Positions 46,295-57,187 are shown, counted from the first letter of the stretch. The stretch: 64,000 nucleotides of DNA from Candidatus Onthoplasma faecipullorum (GCA_019120295.1 DWVI01000004.1:102201-166200); one strand, 5' to 3'. Program-made: numbers and translations. Notes: generated by a model not told the origin, from the letters alone.

Positions 46295-47749
46295 ATGTTA
46301 GTTGATGCAGTGAACACTTTTAATGAAATAAAAACCAAACTGCACGATAGTTCAGATTTAAAATCTAGGCAAGTGCAGTTTTTTGGCACGGATATTACAA
46401 TTTGTTATATAGCACCTATAACCGATAATAATTTACTCAATGATTGCATTCTATTTCCAATGACTAGCGAACAAAATAAACCAAAGGAAGATATAGCCAA
46501 TTATTTGAAGCATAGCGTGTTATCTAGCATTGAAGTTACAGAAATTTTAGATATAGACCAGGCCGTCACCAAACTATTAAATGGTCAAACTGTCATTTTG
46601 GTGGATAAAGCCGATAAAATTCTGTCATGTGACACTGAAAAAATCACAGTCCGCGCAGTTGCTGAACCGCCAACAAGCGTGGTTATTAAAGGTCCGAGAG
46701 AAGGTTTTACTGAAAGTATAAAATATAACTTGGCTCTAATTAGAAAACGAGCAAGGTCGGACGATTTAGTTGTCAACATGATGGAAATTGGAAAACTCAC
46801 TAAAACGCAGGTGGCGGTTGTGTATTTTGATAGCGTTGCAGATAAATCGGTTGTTAAACAGATAACGAAAAAACTTAAAGCCATTAAAATTGACGGAGTT
46901 CTTGATAGCCATTATTTAGTGAGTTATCTTCAAAAAAATCCACATTCACTATTTAAACAAATAGGAGATACAGAAAAGCCAGACATATTAGTTGGCAAGA
47001 TGCTTGAAGGGCGCGTTGGAATAATCGTGGACGGAAGCCCGATTGTTTTAACACTTCCATTTATTTTAATTGAAGACTTGCAAAATTCAGACGATTATTA
47101 TAGCCAACCAATTCGCGTAACTTTTGTTAGAATTTTGCGTTTTGTTGGTGTGGTGCTTGCTGTGTTGCTCCCAGGCATTTACATCGCACTTGAAAAATAT
47201 CACTATAAAATTTTACCAACCGAATTTTTGGTAACTATTATGAACACCACACAAGGAATACCATTTTCACCATTTATGGAAATTTTGTTTGTGGTGCTGT
47301 TGTTTGAAATTTTATATGAAGCCAATTTACGTATGCCACAATATTTTGGTATGGCAATGTCTATTGTTGGTGCGTTAATTTTAGGTGAAACGGCTGTAAA
47401 CGCAGGGCTTGTTAGCCCGCCTGCTGTAATGATTGTGGCACTATCCGGTATAACATTTTATATAATTCCAAGCCAAGCGGCACAATTTAGCATACTGAGA
47501 TTGCTTGCTATTGTGGTTGGTGCATGTTTAGGGCTTTATGGGGTGCTGTTGTTTTGTGTATTTGTACTTTCTTATCTATCTAGTTTTGATAGTTATAAAT
47601 CTGCATATCTTGCGCCAGCAACACCATTCATTGAGAGCGACCAAGAAGATTTTTACATGCGGAAAACTATAAGCGAAATGAAAAAACGGCCTAAATCTAT
47701 CGCCAATAATCACAACAACATGATTAGGAGGGGTGAGAATGAAGATTAA
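46295..47749 (+). CDS. gerAA: Spore germination protein, GerA family A subunit
   Basis: 484 aa: a soluble N-terminal domain followed by a C-terminal TM bundle, with the GerA-family pattern (VRAVAEPPTSVVIKGPREGFTE). Confidence 0.85.
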   Translation: MLVDAVNTFNEIKTKLHDSSDLKSRQVQFFGTDITICYIAPITDNNLLNDCILFPMTSEQNKPKEDIANYLKHSVLSSIEVTEILDIDQAVTKLLNGQTVILVDKADKILSCDTEKITVRAVAEPPTSVVIKGPREGFTESIKYNLALIRKRARSDDLVVNMMEIGKLTKTQVAVVYFDSVADKSVVKQITKKLKAIKIDGVLDSHYLVSYLQKNPHSLFKQIGDTEKPDILVGKMLEGRVGIIVDGSPIVLTLPFILIEDLQNSDDYYSQPIRVTFVRILRFVGVVLAVLLPGIYIALEKYHYKILPTEFLVTIMNTTQGIPFSPFMEILFVVLLFEILYEANLRMPQYFGMAMSIVGALILGETAVNAGLVSPPAVMIVALSGITFYIIPSQAAQFSILRLLAIVVGACLGLYGVLLFCVFVLSYLSSFDSYKSAYLAPATPFIESDQEDFYMRKTISEMKKRPKSIANNHNNMIRRGENED

Positions 47750-48905
47750 TTATAGGCAGTTATCTATTTTGGTATTTATGAGTTTTGTCTCACTTAAACT
47801 TCTTGCACTTCCAAGTTTGCTTTACGTTGATAGCGGCAACATGAGTTGGTTGGTGGCACTTGTCCTTATGATTGTTGATGCACTCTATGTGTTTTTGATA
47901 CTAGATTTAATGAAAAAGTGTGAAGAAAAAAACATTTTGGAATTTATGAAAAAATGTTTAGGACCAGTTTTATCGCGCGTTTTCTTGGCAATATACATTC
48001 TAAAATACGCATTAGTTATAGCAAACATTTCAAAGGGGCTTGAATTTTTTGTTGTGGAAAATTTTTATAATGAATTTAATTGGCTAGTTTTTATTCTCCC
48101 ACTTATGGCGCTGATTGGATATATGACATATAAGGGCATTCGTAATATTGCGCGTGTCAGTGAAATGATAAATTTAGCAATTGTAATAGGTTGTTTATAT
48201 ATTGCTTTTCAGTCTGTTGGCAGTGCAGACCCAACAGCGTATATTCCAATGTTTAAAGACGGAGTTGTGCCTTTATTTGAAAGCGGTTTTAAACATTTAA
48301 GTTGGTTTGGTTCGGCTTCTTTTATGATGTTGCTTTTTGGCAAAGTTGATTTTAAAGAAGAAAAAAAGTGGACAATGATAAAGTATCTTATTTTTGCAAT
48401 AGTACTTGTTCAAATAATGTATTATGTGTTTTATGGAATTTTTGACAACATTTCTGCAACTCACAATTTTTGCATAAGTGATATCAGCCAATTTTCTAGC
48501 CAAGAGTCTAGCATAAACGAATTGTCCTGGTTAATTGTGGCACTTTGGGTGGTTGCGCAGGCTGTTCAACTAGCGCTGTATAGTTACTGCATGATGCAAG
48601 CAATTAAATTTACATTTAATATAAAAAACAACACAATTCCAATTATTGTGGTTATGGTATATGTTTTAATTTGGAGTTTAGTTGGTGAAAACACTATAGG
48701 TTTGGAACGACTATTTTTCACTCCATTTGCATCAATTATAACTATACTTGCGCAATACGTGATACCTTTAGTGCTTTATATTGGTTTTTATATGCAAAAC
48801 AGACGAAAAAAGATTTTTAAATCTAAAAACTTTATTAAAAACAGGATAGAAATAGCGCCGAATGTAAGTGTTAATAAGTTTAAGATGTTGCGGGGTGAAA
48901 AATGA
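47733..48905 (+). CDS. gerAB: Spore germination protein, GerAB-type permease subunit
   Basis: 390 aa with about 10 TM segments. INYRQLSILVFMSF is typical of the family. It overlaps both neighbouring genes. Confidence 0.82.
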   Translation: MRMKINYRQLSILVFMSFVSLKLLALPSLLYVDSGNMSWLVALVLMIVDALYVFLILDLMKKCEEKNILEFMKKCLGPVLSRVFLAIYILKYALVIANISKGLEFFVVENFYNEFNWLVFILPLMALIGYMTYKGIRNIARVSEMINLAIVIGCLYIAFQSVGSADPTAYIPMFKDGVVPLFESGFKHLSWFGSASFMMLLFGKVDFKEEKKWTMIKYLIFAIVLVQIMYYVFYGIFDNISATHNFCISDISQFSSQESSINELSWLIVALWVVAQAVQLALYSYCMMQAIKFTFNIKNNTIPIIVVMVYVLIWSLVGENTIGLERLFFTPFASIITILAQYVIPLVLYIGFYMQNRRKKIFKSKNFIKNRIEIAPNVSVNKFKMLRGEK

Positions 48906-50167
48906 AAAAAGTTAAATCATTGTTTACACCTAAAAAATTGGTTATTTGGATAGCGATTATCTTACTTTTCTTTACATTACCAACAATAAACAAACCTGCA
49001 ATGAGTGAAACGCAGGCGATTGTCACCATGCTTTGTTTGGATAAAGACGAAGATAAAATAAAAGCGGTTGTAACAGTGTTAAGCCCAGGGCAAGATAAGC
49101 AGGCAAAATATGAAGTGTTTTCAGCAACTGGGGATACACTCGCATCAACTGTAGACTCTATCGCACTATCAATAGGTAAAGAAATGGGGTTTGCGCAGTG
49201 CGAAATCATGGCAATAGGTGAAAAATTAAGTGAAGATAACATTATGAAAACGCTTGATTATATGACTCGCACAAAAAAAGTGGGAACAAATGCAATACTT
49301 ACTTACTTTGAAGGTGATATTGAAGAATTTGCCAAATCAATAACCACACTTGCTATGGAAAAATCACTGAAACTTGAAAAAATCATTAATTTTGATAAAG
49401 AGTATATTTTAGCCCAAGATAGCAATATTGAATCTTTTTATAAAGGCTTTTTTAGCGATGTATCAATAGGTATAATGCCAAAGATTGAACTAACGGGCGA
49501 ACAAAAAAGTAACGCAATAGAAGTGAGTTCTAGTTCAGGGGGTTCGTCTAGCGGCGGTTCGTCGAGTTCGTCAGGGTCGGCAAGTTCAGGGGGTTCACAA
49601 GAAGGCTCGTCAGGCGAAAAGAAATATATTGTAACAAACGGAAGCACAGTTGTTTTCAAGCATGGTAAAAAATATTATGAATTATCCCCAAGTGAAGTGC
49701 AAAAAGTTAATTTGTTTACTAACTCGTCTGACAAGGGAACATTAATTGTTGAAGGAATAACCGACCACGTGTACGACAATGCAAAAGTGGTTGTGGATAT
49801 ACTTGAAAAAGATTCCAAAATCAAAGTTTCATTTGATGGAGACACGCCAGTTTATTCGGTAGATGTAAACCTAATTGTATTTATAGACGAAGTTATTCAA
49901 GATGAACCAACCGATAAATTTTTAATAAGACATCAAGATTTTTTCACGGATGCCTTAGTTGAAAAATTAAAAGAAAAGGTTTTATCAAATTTAAACGAAG
50001 CGGTTGAGTTGTGCAAATCAGAAAACATGGATATTATAAATTTATACAAAGCATTTAATAGAAAACAATATAAAAATTTTAGAGCCTATTTAGAACGTGT
50101 GGGAATAGATAACTATTTGCAAGGAGTTAGATTTGATTTTAATGTTGAAATCAATAATGAGTACTAA
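48902..50167 (+). CDS. gerAC: Spore germination protein, Ger(x)C-type subunit with an internal Ser/Gly-rich insert
   Basis: Third gene of the operon, with an ATGA overlap, and 421 aa. The N-terminus is hydrophobic but has no Cys lipobox. There is an insert of about 30 aa, SSSSGGSSSGGSSSSSGSASSGG. Confidence 0.7.
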   Translation: MKKVKSLFTPKKLVIWIAIILLFFTLPTINKPAMSETQAIVTMLCLDKDEDKIKAVVTVLSPGQDKQAKYEVFSATGDTLASTVDSIALSIGKEMGFAQCEIMAIGEKLSEDNIMKTLDYMTRTKKVGTNAILTYFEGDIEEFAKSITTLAMEKSLKLEKIINFDKEYILAQDSNIESFYKGFFSDVSIGIMPKIELTGEQKSNAIEVSSSSGGSSSGGSSSSSGSASSGGSQEGSSGEKKYIVTNGSTVVFKHGKKYYELSPSEVQKVNLFTNSSDKGTLIVEGITDHVYDNAKVVVDILEKDSKIKVSFDGDTPVYSVDVNLIVFIDEVIQDEPTDKFLIRHQDFFTDALVEKLKEKVLSNLNEAVELCKSENMDIINLYKAFNRKQYKNFRAYLERVGIDNYLQGVRFDFNVEINNEY

Positions 50168-50280
50168 TAAATATAGAAATTTAAAATGCAAAAAAATTTA
50201 AAACATAAAATCAAAAATAAAAAATAAAACAAAGATAAAATTAAAAAAATATAAGAAAAAATATAAAATTATAATAAAAA

Positions 50281-50316
50281 AACAAAAAATCTTGTTAAAT
50301 ACAAGATTTTTTTATT
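50281..50316. terminator. Bidirectional terminator
   Basis: AATCTTGT-taaat-ACAAGATT flanked by A and T runs. Confidence 0.6.
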
Positions 50317-50353
50317 TGTAAAATATTTTTTAATAAAAATAATTAATTTTTAA

Positions 50354-50785
50354 TTATTTTGTGCCGGTTGAGCCAATTCCACCACGGTCTTTTCCGGTTA
50401 GGTGAGTAACTTTTGTGATAACATTTTCTGGTTGGTGAGAAAGAAGCCTAAATTGGCAAATTCTATCATTTTTCTTTATAACGGTGTCCCGCATAGCAAG
50501 GGCTGGAAAACGCCACATATCATTATCACCGCAGTAACTTTCGTCTATGATACCAATGCTATTTGCTTGAATTATACCATAATTTTTAAAAGTGGAACTG
50601 CGTGGTGCAACTATTGCTTCATATCCCTTTGGAAGTTCCACCGCAATGCCAAGTGGAATAAGTTTAAATTCGCCTGCTTTTAATTCAACATCTTCGCTCG
50701 CACGAAGGTCATACCAATCGCTTTTGTTTTCAATGTTGATGATTTCATCAATATCTGTAAAATATTTAACTTTAATTTCTACCAT
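50354..50785 (-). CDS. dut: dUTP diphosphatase
   Basis: 143 aa with the [10 protein letters not shown] and RGGIGSTG motifs. Confidence 0.88.
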   Translation of the reverse strand: MVEIKVKYFTDIDEIINIENKSDWYDLRASEDVELKAGEFKLIPLGIAVELPKGYEAIVAPRSSTFKNYGIIQANSIGIIDESYCGDNDMWRFPALAMRDTVIKKNDRICQFRLLSHQPENVITKVTHLTGKDRGGIGSTGTK

Positions 50786-50903
50786 AATTTCTCCTAAGTA
50801 AATTTTAACAAATTTTTAAAAATTTTCAAAATAATTTTAATATTTTACTAAAAATTAAATAAATTTTTGAAAAAAATACTATTTTTTATTTATTTTTTGA
50901 TTT

Positions 50904-51632
50904 TTAATTAGAAACAAAAATAATTTTTGCTTTTAATTTTTTAGTTTTATTTAATCTTTTGCACTCTTCTATAACTAAATGAGTAACAAGTTTATTATCA
51001 TAACAGGAAGGAAACTCTAAATTTACGGAAATTGTTTTTAAGTTGTTTTGCTTTGCATAATCAAACACCTTTTCTAGATTATAGATAAGTGTGTTTTTAA
51101 ATTCAATGCTCATTTCACCAGAAATCACTGGCATCAATACTTTTGCCACACGTTTACATGCAAGGTTATAACCATTCACAATGTATGGAATGATGTAAGA
51201 TAAAACTTGGCCATTTTCAACAAAGATTTTTGATAAATCTTCTTTTATTTGCAAACCACCATACTTTATAATGTTGTTATCAATACAACAGTCAAGTGGG
51301 TTTGAATTGTTTAACAAATTGTTTGAAAACACAACTGCTAAATCACTTGGCACAAAAGCAATGTTGCCGTTTATTGTTGCGGTGTTTTTTCTAAACTTAA
51401 TATTTGATATATCTATAATGTTGCCGTCGTTTTCTTTAAACAACAATTTGTCCTGCAATTTAAGTAAACTTTCGTTTAAATCGCCACACGAACGAATTAA
51501 AATATACGCGTCAATAAAAAACCTTTTATCTTGAATAGATAGATTTTTTGGTAATTTTTGTTCATTGTCCTTTGATAACATTTCTAGCAAATTATCAATT
51601 AGTTCTATATCCTGCTTTGTGTATTCATACAT
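50904..51632 (-). CDS. Macro-domain protein (protein-ADP-ribose hydrolase-like), possibly degenerate
   Basis: An N-terminal helical extension is followed by CIDNNIIKYGGLQIKED and GYNLACKRV, which resemble CxDxxIHxAAGxxL and GYxLxAKxV. The Gly-rich loop is not canonical. Confidence 0.45.
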   Translation of the reverse strand: MYEYTKQDIELIDNLLEMLSKDNEQKLPKNLSIQDKRFFIDAYILIRSCGDLNESLLKLQDKLLFKENDGNIIDISNIKFRKNTATINGNIAFVPSDLAVVFSNNLLNNSNPLDCCIDNNIIKYGGLQIKEDLSKIFVENGQVLSYIIPYIVNGYNLACKRVAKVLMPVISGEMSIEFKNTLIYNLEKVFDYAKQNNLKTISVNLEFPSCYDNKLVTHLVIEECKRLNKTKKLKAKIIFVSN

Positions 51633-51860
51633 ATCACTATTATAGTCTAAATAGGATAAATTTCAAAATCAATTTCAAAAATTTTATTAATTTGACAAAT
51701 TTTTTTACAATTTTTAATTTTAAACAAAACCTTTTATATCTGTTTTAATACGCAAAATTTAATCATTGCAAAAATTAAATAATGTTTGTTAACATTGATT
51801 ATTATTTAATTATTATTAAATTAGTTGTAAAAAACGTAAAAATTGTTTATAATTTAAAAA

Positions 51861-53579
51861 ATGAAAATGTTGTGGGGGTATTTAAAAAAATATAAGTGGT
51901 ACGTAATTTTCGGACCATTTTTCAAACTCCTTGAAAGTTTACTTGAACTTTGTAACCCACTAATAGTCGCAGAAATTATAGATGTTGGCGTTAAAAATAG
52001 CGATATTGATTACATCATTCGTTACGGTTTAATTATCCTTGCAATAAATATAATTAGTTTTGGTTTTAGTTTAATAAGTCAAAAATGTGCTTCCCTTGCA
52101 AGCACAGGTGTTTCCACCAGTATGAGAGCGGACCTTTATAAAAAAATAACCGAGTTTTCACATGCCGAACTTGATAATTTTGGCACGGCTTCACTTGTAA
52201 ATAGAATTATAAATGACGTAAACCAAGTGGAAAATGCGGTTGGAGTTTCGTTAAGACTTCTTATAAGAGTTCCGTTTTTGTTGATTGGTGCGTTTGTTAT
52301 AAGTTTGGTTATCAACCCTAAAATGTCGATTGTATTTTTGATTTTAATTCCGATTGTGTGTTTAATTTTGTGGATATACACTAAAAAGACTTCACCACAC
52401 TTCGTAATCATGCGTGAAAAATTGGATACGGTTAGTAAAATCACACGTGAAAACTTAGAAGGCACACGTGTAATTCGTGCATTTAACAAGCAAGAAGATG
52501 AAAAGAAAAGGTTTGAACTTTCAAGCGAAGATTACACAAAAACTAGCATTCGCATATCAAAAATTTCGTCACTGCTTAGCCCAATGGTCTTTTTGATAGT
52601 GGATATTGCAACCATTGCAATCTTAATTTTAGGCGGTTGGCAGATAAATATTGGCGGTATGGAGCAAGGTGAAGTTTTAGCGTTAATTGACTATGTCTCA
52701 ATTATCACTATTTCGCTCTTACTTATGTCGCAACTAATTGTTATGATTGTTAGAACAAATGCAAGTTTGCATAGAATTAATGAAGTTATGGTTACCACTC
52801 CAAGCATACAAGATAAACCAAATGCAATAAAAACAGATAAATTAAAATATAACGCTTTAATGGAATTTAAAAACGTTTCGTTTAACTATTCAAGTGATTT
52901 AACAAACGAGTCGTTTATCAAAAACTTGTCATTTTCAATCTATCCTAATCAAACAATAGGTATTATTGGCGGAACAGGTAGTGGTAAAACAACGATTGCA
53001 AATTTAATGACGCGTTTTTATGACGCCACACAGGGTGAAATTTTATTTAAAGGGAAAAATATAAAGAACATTTCGCTTGAAAGTTTAAGGCGTGATATTA
53101 GTATTGTTCAGCAACGTAGCGCGCTATTTAGTGGAAGTTTAAGGGAAAATTTAAGTTTAAGAGACCCAAACGCTAGCGACGAAGAAATGATTGAAGCGTT
53201 AAAGATTAGCCAAGCCTACAGTTTTGTTTCCACCTGGAAAAATGGGCTAGATTATCAAATTATGGCAGGCGGAAAAAACGTAAGCGGTGGTCAAATGCAA
53301 AGATTAACCATTGCTCGTGCACTTATTAACAAACCAGATTTATTGATTTTAGACGACAGTAGTTCAGCACTTGACTTTTTAACGGATAGCAATTTAAGAA
53401 AAGCGTTAAAGACGTTGGACACAACCCTTGTTATAATTTCACAACGTGCCACGTCCATTCAGTCGGCTGACCTTATAATTGTGCTAGATAACGGAAATGT
53501 GGTTGGAATGGGAAAACATAAAGATTTAATTAAAGATTGTAACATTTATAAAGAAATATATGAGTCGCAAGCGAAATAG
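51861..53579 (+). CDS. ABC exporter, fused permease/ATPase (heterodimer partner 1)
   Basis: TMD followed by Walker A GGTGSGKTT, signature VSGGQ and Walker B LLILDD. Confidence 0.88.
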   Translation: MKMLWGYLKKYKWYVIFGPFFKLLESLLELCNPLIVAEIIDVGVKNSDIDYIIRYGLIILAINIISFGFSLISQKCASLASTGVSTSMRADLYKKITEFSHAELDNFGTASLVNRIINDVNQVENAVGVSLRLLIRVPFLLIGAFVISLVINPKMSIVFLILIPIVCLILWIYTKKTSPHFVIMREKLDTVSKITRENLEGTRVIRAFNKQEDEKKRFELSSEDYTKTSIRISKISSLLSPMVFLIVDIATIAILILGGWQINIGGMEQGEVLALIDYVSIITISLLLMSQLIVMIVRTNASLHRINEVMVTTPSIQDKPNAIKTDKLKYNALMEFKNVSFNYSSDLTNESFIKNLSFSIYPNQTIGIIGGTGSGKTTIANLMTRFYDATQGEILFKGKNIKNISLESLRRDISIVQQRSALFSGSLRENLSLRDPNASDEEMIEALKISQAYSFVSTWKNGLDYQIMAGGKNVSGGQMQRLTIARALINKPDLLILDDSSSALDFLTDSNLRKALKTLDTTLVIISQRATSIQSADLIIVLDNGNVVGMGKHKDLIKDCNIYKEIYESQAK

Positions 53580-53585
53580 GAGAGT

Positions 53586-55334
53586 ATGAAGAAAAACAAA
53601 ACCAACTTTAAACAATTACTATCTCAACTTATGCCATATGTGCGTCCGCATAAGGTTGTGTTTTTCCTGTCTGTTATTTTTGATTTAATTGCAATAGTTT
53701 TAAACATGCTAATTCCAATGTTTTCCGGCTTTGCGCTAGACACAATGATAGGTGTAAACAATGTTAATTTTACACTTTTGTATGAATATCTAGTGTTGAT
53801 TGGAATTCTAACCGTTGCAAGTTCATTGTTTGATTGGCTTGGCACATATAATATGAATATTTTAACTTACCGCACTGGGCAATCGATTAGAAGCGCTATT
53901 TATGACAAACTAATAAATGTGCCTATACGTTATATTGATAACACGGCGCATGGTGATATAATGAACACCATGATTGCAGATGTTGAAAATGTAACAGACG
54001 GCTTACTCAGCGGTTTTAAGTCGGTTGTAAGCGGAATATTCCAAATTTTGATTGTTATGGTTATAATGTTTGCGCTCAATTGGTCACTTGCGCTTATTGT
54101 GGTGATTATGGCGCCACTTTCACTAGTCCTTGCAATCGTCATAACAAAAAAGAGCAAAAAATTGTATAAAGCGCGTGTTGAAAGGCAAGGAGATATAAGT
54201 GGTTACACAGAAGAAATGATAACCAATATGAAAATTATTAAAGCGTACAACAACGAAGAAAAATCAAATAAAAATTTCAATGTAATCAATAAAGATTTGT
54301 ATGTTGCTAGTGAAAAATCAATGTATTACGCTTCTCTTGCAAACCCAACGTCTCGAATAGTGAACGGAATTTTAAATGGAATTGTGTGTGTGGCTGGTGC
54401 AATTATGGCGGTTAACGGTTTGGTTTCCGCTGGTAGAATTTCTTCATTTTTGAATTATAGTGAAAACTTCACTAAGCCATTCAACGATTTAACAAGCATT
54501 TTTGCAGATTTAAATATAGCAATTGCAAGTGCAGGAAGGGTGTTTGAATTGTTAGCGCAAGAAAATGAAGTGGACGATAGTAAAAATATAAATCTTCGTA
54601 AGTGCAATGGCGAAGTTAAACTTCAAAACGTGTATTTTAGTTATGAACCAACCTTTAAACTTATTGAAAATCTAAATCTAGATGTTAAAAAGGGTCAAAG
54701 AATTGCAATTGTTGGCCCAACCGGTTGCGGAAAAAGCACTATTATAAACTTACTAATGCGCTTCTATGACGTTAACGACGGAAGCATAAAGGTTAGTGGT
54801 CGAGATATTAGAAAAGTAACAAGAAAATCATTTAGAAGTTTTTATGGTATGGTGTTGCAAGAAAGTTGGTTATATAATGCGTCCGTTAGAGATAATGTTG
54901 CGTATGGAAAACCTGATGCTAGTATGGACGAAATTGTTGAAGCATGTAAACTTGCAAACGCTCATCAATTTATTGAGAAATTACCGCAAGGATATGACAC
55001 GATAATTACTGAGCGCGCAGACAATATAAGTGCAGGTCAAAAGCAGCTTTTATGTATTGCACGTATTATGCTTCTTCGCCCACCAATAATGATTTTAGAC
55101 GAAGCAACAAGCAATATTGACACTCGCACTGAAATGAAAATTCAGCAAGCGTTAGATATAATGATGGAAGGAAAAACCTGCTTTATTGTGGCACACAGAT
55201 TGTCCACAATAGAAAATGCGGACTCCATTTTGGTTATGAACAAAGGTCATATTATAGAGCAGGGAACACATAAAGAATTATTAGAGAAAAAAGGCTTTTA
55301 TTACGAACTTTTCACATCACAATTTGGAACATGA
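53586..55334 (+). CDS. ABC exporter, fused permease/ATPase (heterodimer partner 2)
   Basis: TMD followed by Walker A GPTGCGKST, signature ISAGQ and Walker B IMILDEATS. Confidence 0.88.
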   Translation: MKKNKTNFKQLLSQLMPYVRPHKVVFFLSVIFDLIAIVLNMLIPMFSGFALDTMIGVNNVNFTLLYEYLVLIGILTVASSLFDWLGTYNMNILTYRTGQSIRSAIYDKLINVPIRYIDNTAHGDIMNTMIADVENVTDGLLSGFKSVVSGIFQILIVMVIMFALNWSLALIVVIMAPLSLVLAIVITKKSKKLYKARVERQGDISGYTEEMITNMKIIKAYNNEEKSNKNFNVINKDLYVASEKSMYYASLANPTSRIVNGILNGIVCVAGAIMAVNGLVSAGRISSFLNYSENFTKPFNDLTSIFADLNIAIASAGRVFELLAQENEVDDSKNINLRKCNGEVKLQNVYFSYEPTFKLIENLNLDVKKGQRIAIVGPTGCGKSTIINLLMRFYDVNDGSIKVSGRDIRKVTRKSFRSFYGMVLQESWLYNASVRDNVAYGKPDASMDEIVEACKLANAHQFIEKLPQGYDTIITERADNISAGQKQLLCIARIMLLRPPIMILDEATSNIDTRTEMKIQQALDIMMEGKTCFIVAHRLSTIENADSILVMNKGHIIEQGTHKELLEKKGFYYELFTSQFGT

Positions 55335-55446
55335 CATAAGTTTGTAAAAATTAGATTATAGTTATGTTACAGATTATTGAATTACACACATGAGAATTAT
55401 ATTTATGTTAATAAATTTTCATTGCTATTTAAAATTATTTGAAATA

Positions 55447-55475
55447 TTGACAAACCAACGTAAAAGTGATAGAAT
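55447..55475 (+). promoter_or_regulatory. Near-consensus SigA promoter placed for a leaderless transcript
   Basis: TTGACA, 17 nt spacer, TAGAAT. The ATG at 55482 starts 6 nt after the -10 element, and there is no RBS. Confidence 0.55.
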
Positions 55476-55481
55476 AAAAGT

Positions 55482-55994
55482 ATGAGTATAGATAGAAAAA
55501 CAGCCATGGAAATTTTATATGGCAATAAGAACAAACAAAAAAGAGAAAAAGAAACCATAACAAGAGAGCAAGCAAGAGCAGTTTTATTTGGTAGCAATGG
55601 TAAAGTAAGTCACTATGTAAGGTTTTATTATTTCACTCACCCTGAACTAGACACTCCTGAGTGCTATGAAACTTATCGCATACCTAGTCGCAATTTGGAA
55701 GATATAATTTTGCCATCATATTGCCAAAAGTTTGAAATATTTGACGCGGTGGACGATTTCCGCCCAGTTGACGGAAAACTTGTAAATTTTGCGCGCCCTA
55801 AAAATGTGCAAAGATATTTTGTTGCAGATGTTGAAGAGATAATTAATTCAACAGATAGAAAAGGTGGGCTTTTAATTTCAGCGGTAACAGGCGATGGCAG
55901 GTTAGTTTACGCGTATGAAACGGATATTTTAATTAGTCCACGCAATGTGATTGATGGTCATATTATAATAAATCAAATAAATAAAGGTCTTTAA
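55482..55994 (+). CDS. Hypothetical protein
   Basis: 170 aa, no family recognised. Confidence 0.5.
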   Translation: MSIDRKTAMEILYGNKNKQKREKETITREQARAVLFGSNGKVSHYVRFYYFTHPELDTPECYETYRIPSRNLEDIILPSYCQKFEIFDAVDDFRPVDGKLVNFARPKNVQRYFVADVEEIINSTDRKGGLLISAVTGDGRLVYAYETDILISPRNVIDGHIIINQINKGL

Positions 55995-56007
55995 AAATAG
56001 AAAATTG

Positions 56008-56034
56008 CCACAAGTTAATGCTTGTGGTTTTTTA
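56008..56034 (+). terminator. Terminator
   Basis: CCACAAG-ttaatg-CTTGTGG followed by TTTTTT. Confidence 0.7.
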
Positions 56035-56086
56035 TTTTATAATATTTTTATATCACAAATTGGAGCTTTTTTTCATACTGATTAAT

Positions 56087-57187
56087 ATGGAAAATAAAAT
56101 ATGTGTATATGCAATAGCAAAAAATGAAGAAAAATTTGTGGATAGGTGGTTCAATTCAGTTAAAGAAGCGGACTATATTGTGGTGTTAGACACGGGTAGC
56201 ACGGATAACACGGTTAGCGAACTGAGAGACCTAGGAGTAAAAGTTGAAACGAAAAAATATAATAAATTTCGTTTTGACGAGGCGAGAAATGATAGTCTAA
56301 AACTAGTGCCTGTTGACGCCAACATATTAGTTTGTGTGGATATAGACGAAATGTTTGAACCAGGTTGGAGTAAAATTCTAAAAGAAAACTGGACTGAAAA
56401 AGTGGGGCGTGCTAGGTACCGTTACACGTGGAATTTTAACGAAGACGGAAGCGAAGGCATTGTTTTTATGGCTGATAAAATTCATAGAAACGGTCTTTTT
56501 AAGTGGACGCATCCAGTGCATGAAGTGTTATCACCTATTCAAAATGTTGAGTACGACACATTATATCTACCCAATATTCAGTTAAATCACAGGGCGGATA
56601 ACAAAAAGTCTAGAAGCAATTATTTGCCACTACTTGAATTAAGCGTCAAAGAAGACCCAAGCGACGATAGAAATATGCACTACCTAGGTCGTGAATATAT
56701 GTTTCACGGTGAATACAATAAAGCAATTAAAACATTGAAACGCCATTTAAAATTACCGCGTGCCACTTGGAACGAAGAGCGCGCTGCAAGTATGCGTTAT
56801 ATTGCCGATTGTTATGGTTACCTTGGTAAATATAAAAAGCAAGAAGAATATTTGCTTCGTGCCATTTTGGAAGCAAACCATGTTCGCGAACCTTACTATC
56901 AACTTGCAGTTTTCTACTATAATAGGAAAGACTATTTAAAAAGTGCAGTCTATTTTAATGAGATGTTTAAGATAACAAATAGGGAATTAAATTATATGTC
57001 TTCTCCAGCATGTTGGAGCGCCACACCGTATGATTTGCTCTCGCTTTGCTATTATTATTTAGGCGAATATAAAAAGGCAATTATTGCAGTTAACGAAGCA
57101 ATAAGTTTAAGTGACGAGCCAAGGCTTAAATCAAATCGAGATTTTTATTTAAACAAGTTAACGGAAAATTTTGGCAATAAAAAATAA
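56087..57187 (+). CDS. Family 2 glycosyltransferase with C-terminal TPR repeats
   Basis: ICVYAIAKNEEKFVDRW...VVLDTGSTDNT...CVDIDE form a GT2 core with a DxD-like motif, followed by TPR-like YLGREYMFHGEYNKAI repeats. The track start at 56018 lies inside the upstream terminator. Confidence 0.7.
   Translation: MENKICVYAIAKNEEKFVDRWFNSVKEADYIVVLDTGSTDNTVSELRDLGVKVETKKYNKFRFDEARNDSLKLVPVDANILVCVDIDEMFEPGWSKILKENWTEKVGRARYRYTWNFNEDGSEGIVFMADKIHRNGLFKWTHPVHEVLSPIQNVEYDTLYLPNIQLNHRADNKKSRSNYLPLLELSVKEDPSDDRNMHYLGREYMFHGEYNKAIKTLKRHLKLPRATWNEERAASMRYIADCYGYLGKYKKQEEYLLRAILEANHVREPYYQLAVFYYNRKDYLKSAVYFNEMFKITNRELNYMSSPACWSATPYDLLSLCYYYLGEYKKAIIAVNEAISLSDEPRLKSNRDFYLNKLTENFGNKK

Noticed and set aside
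56018-56086. Track start of the glycosyltransferase ORF
   Set aside because: The start lies inside the terminator hairpin and T-run of the upstream gene. The GT2 homology begins at the ATG at 56087.
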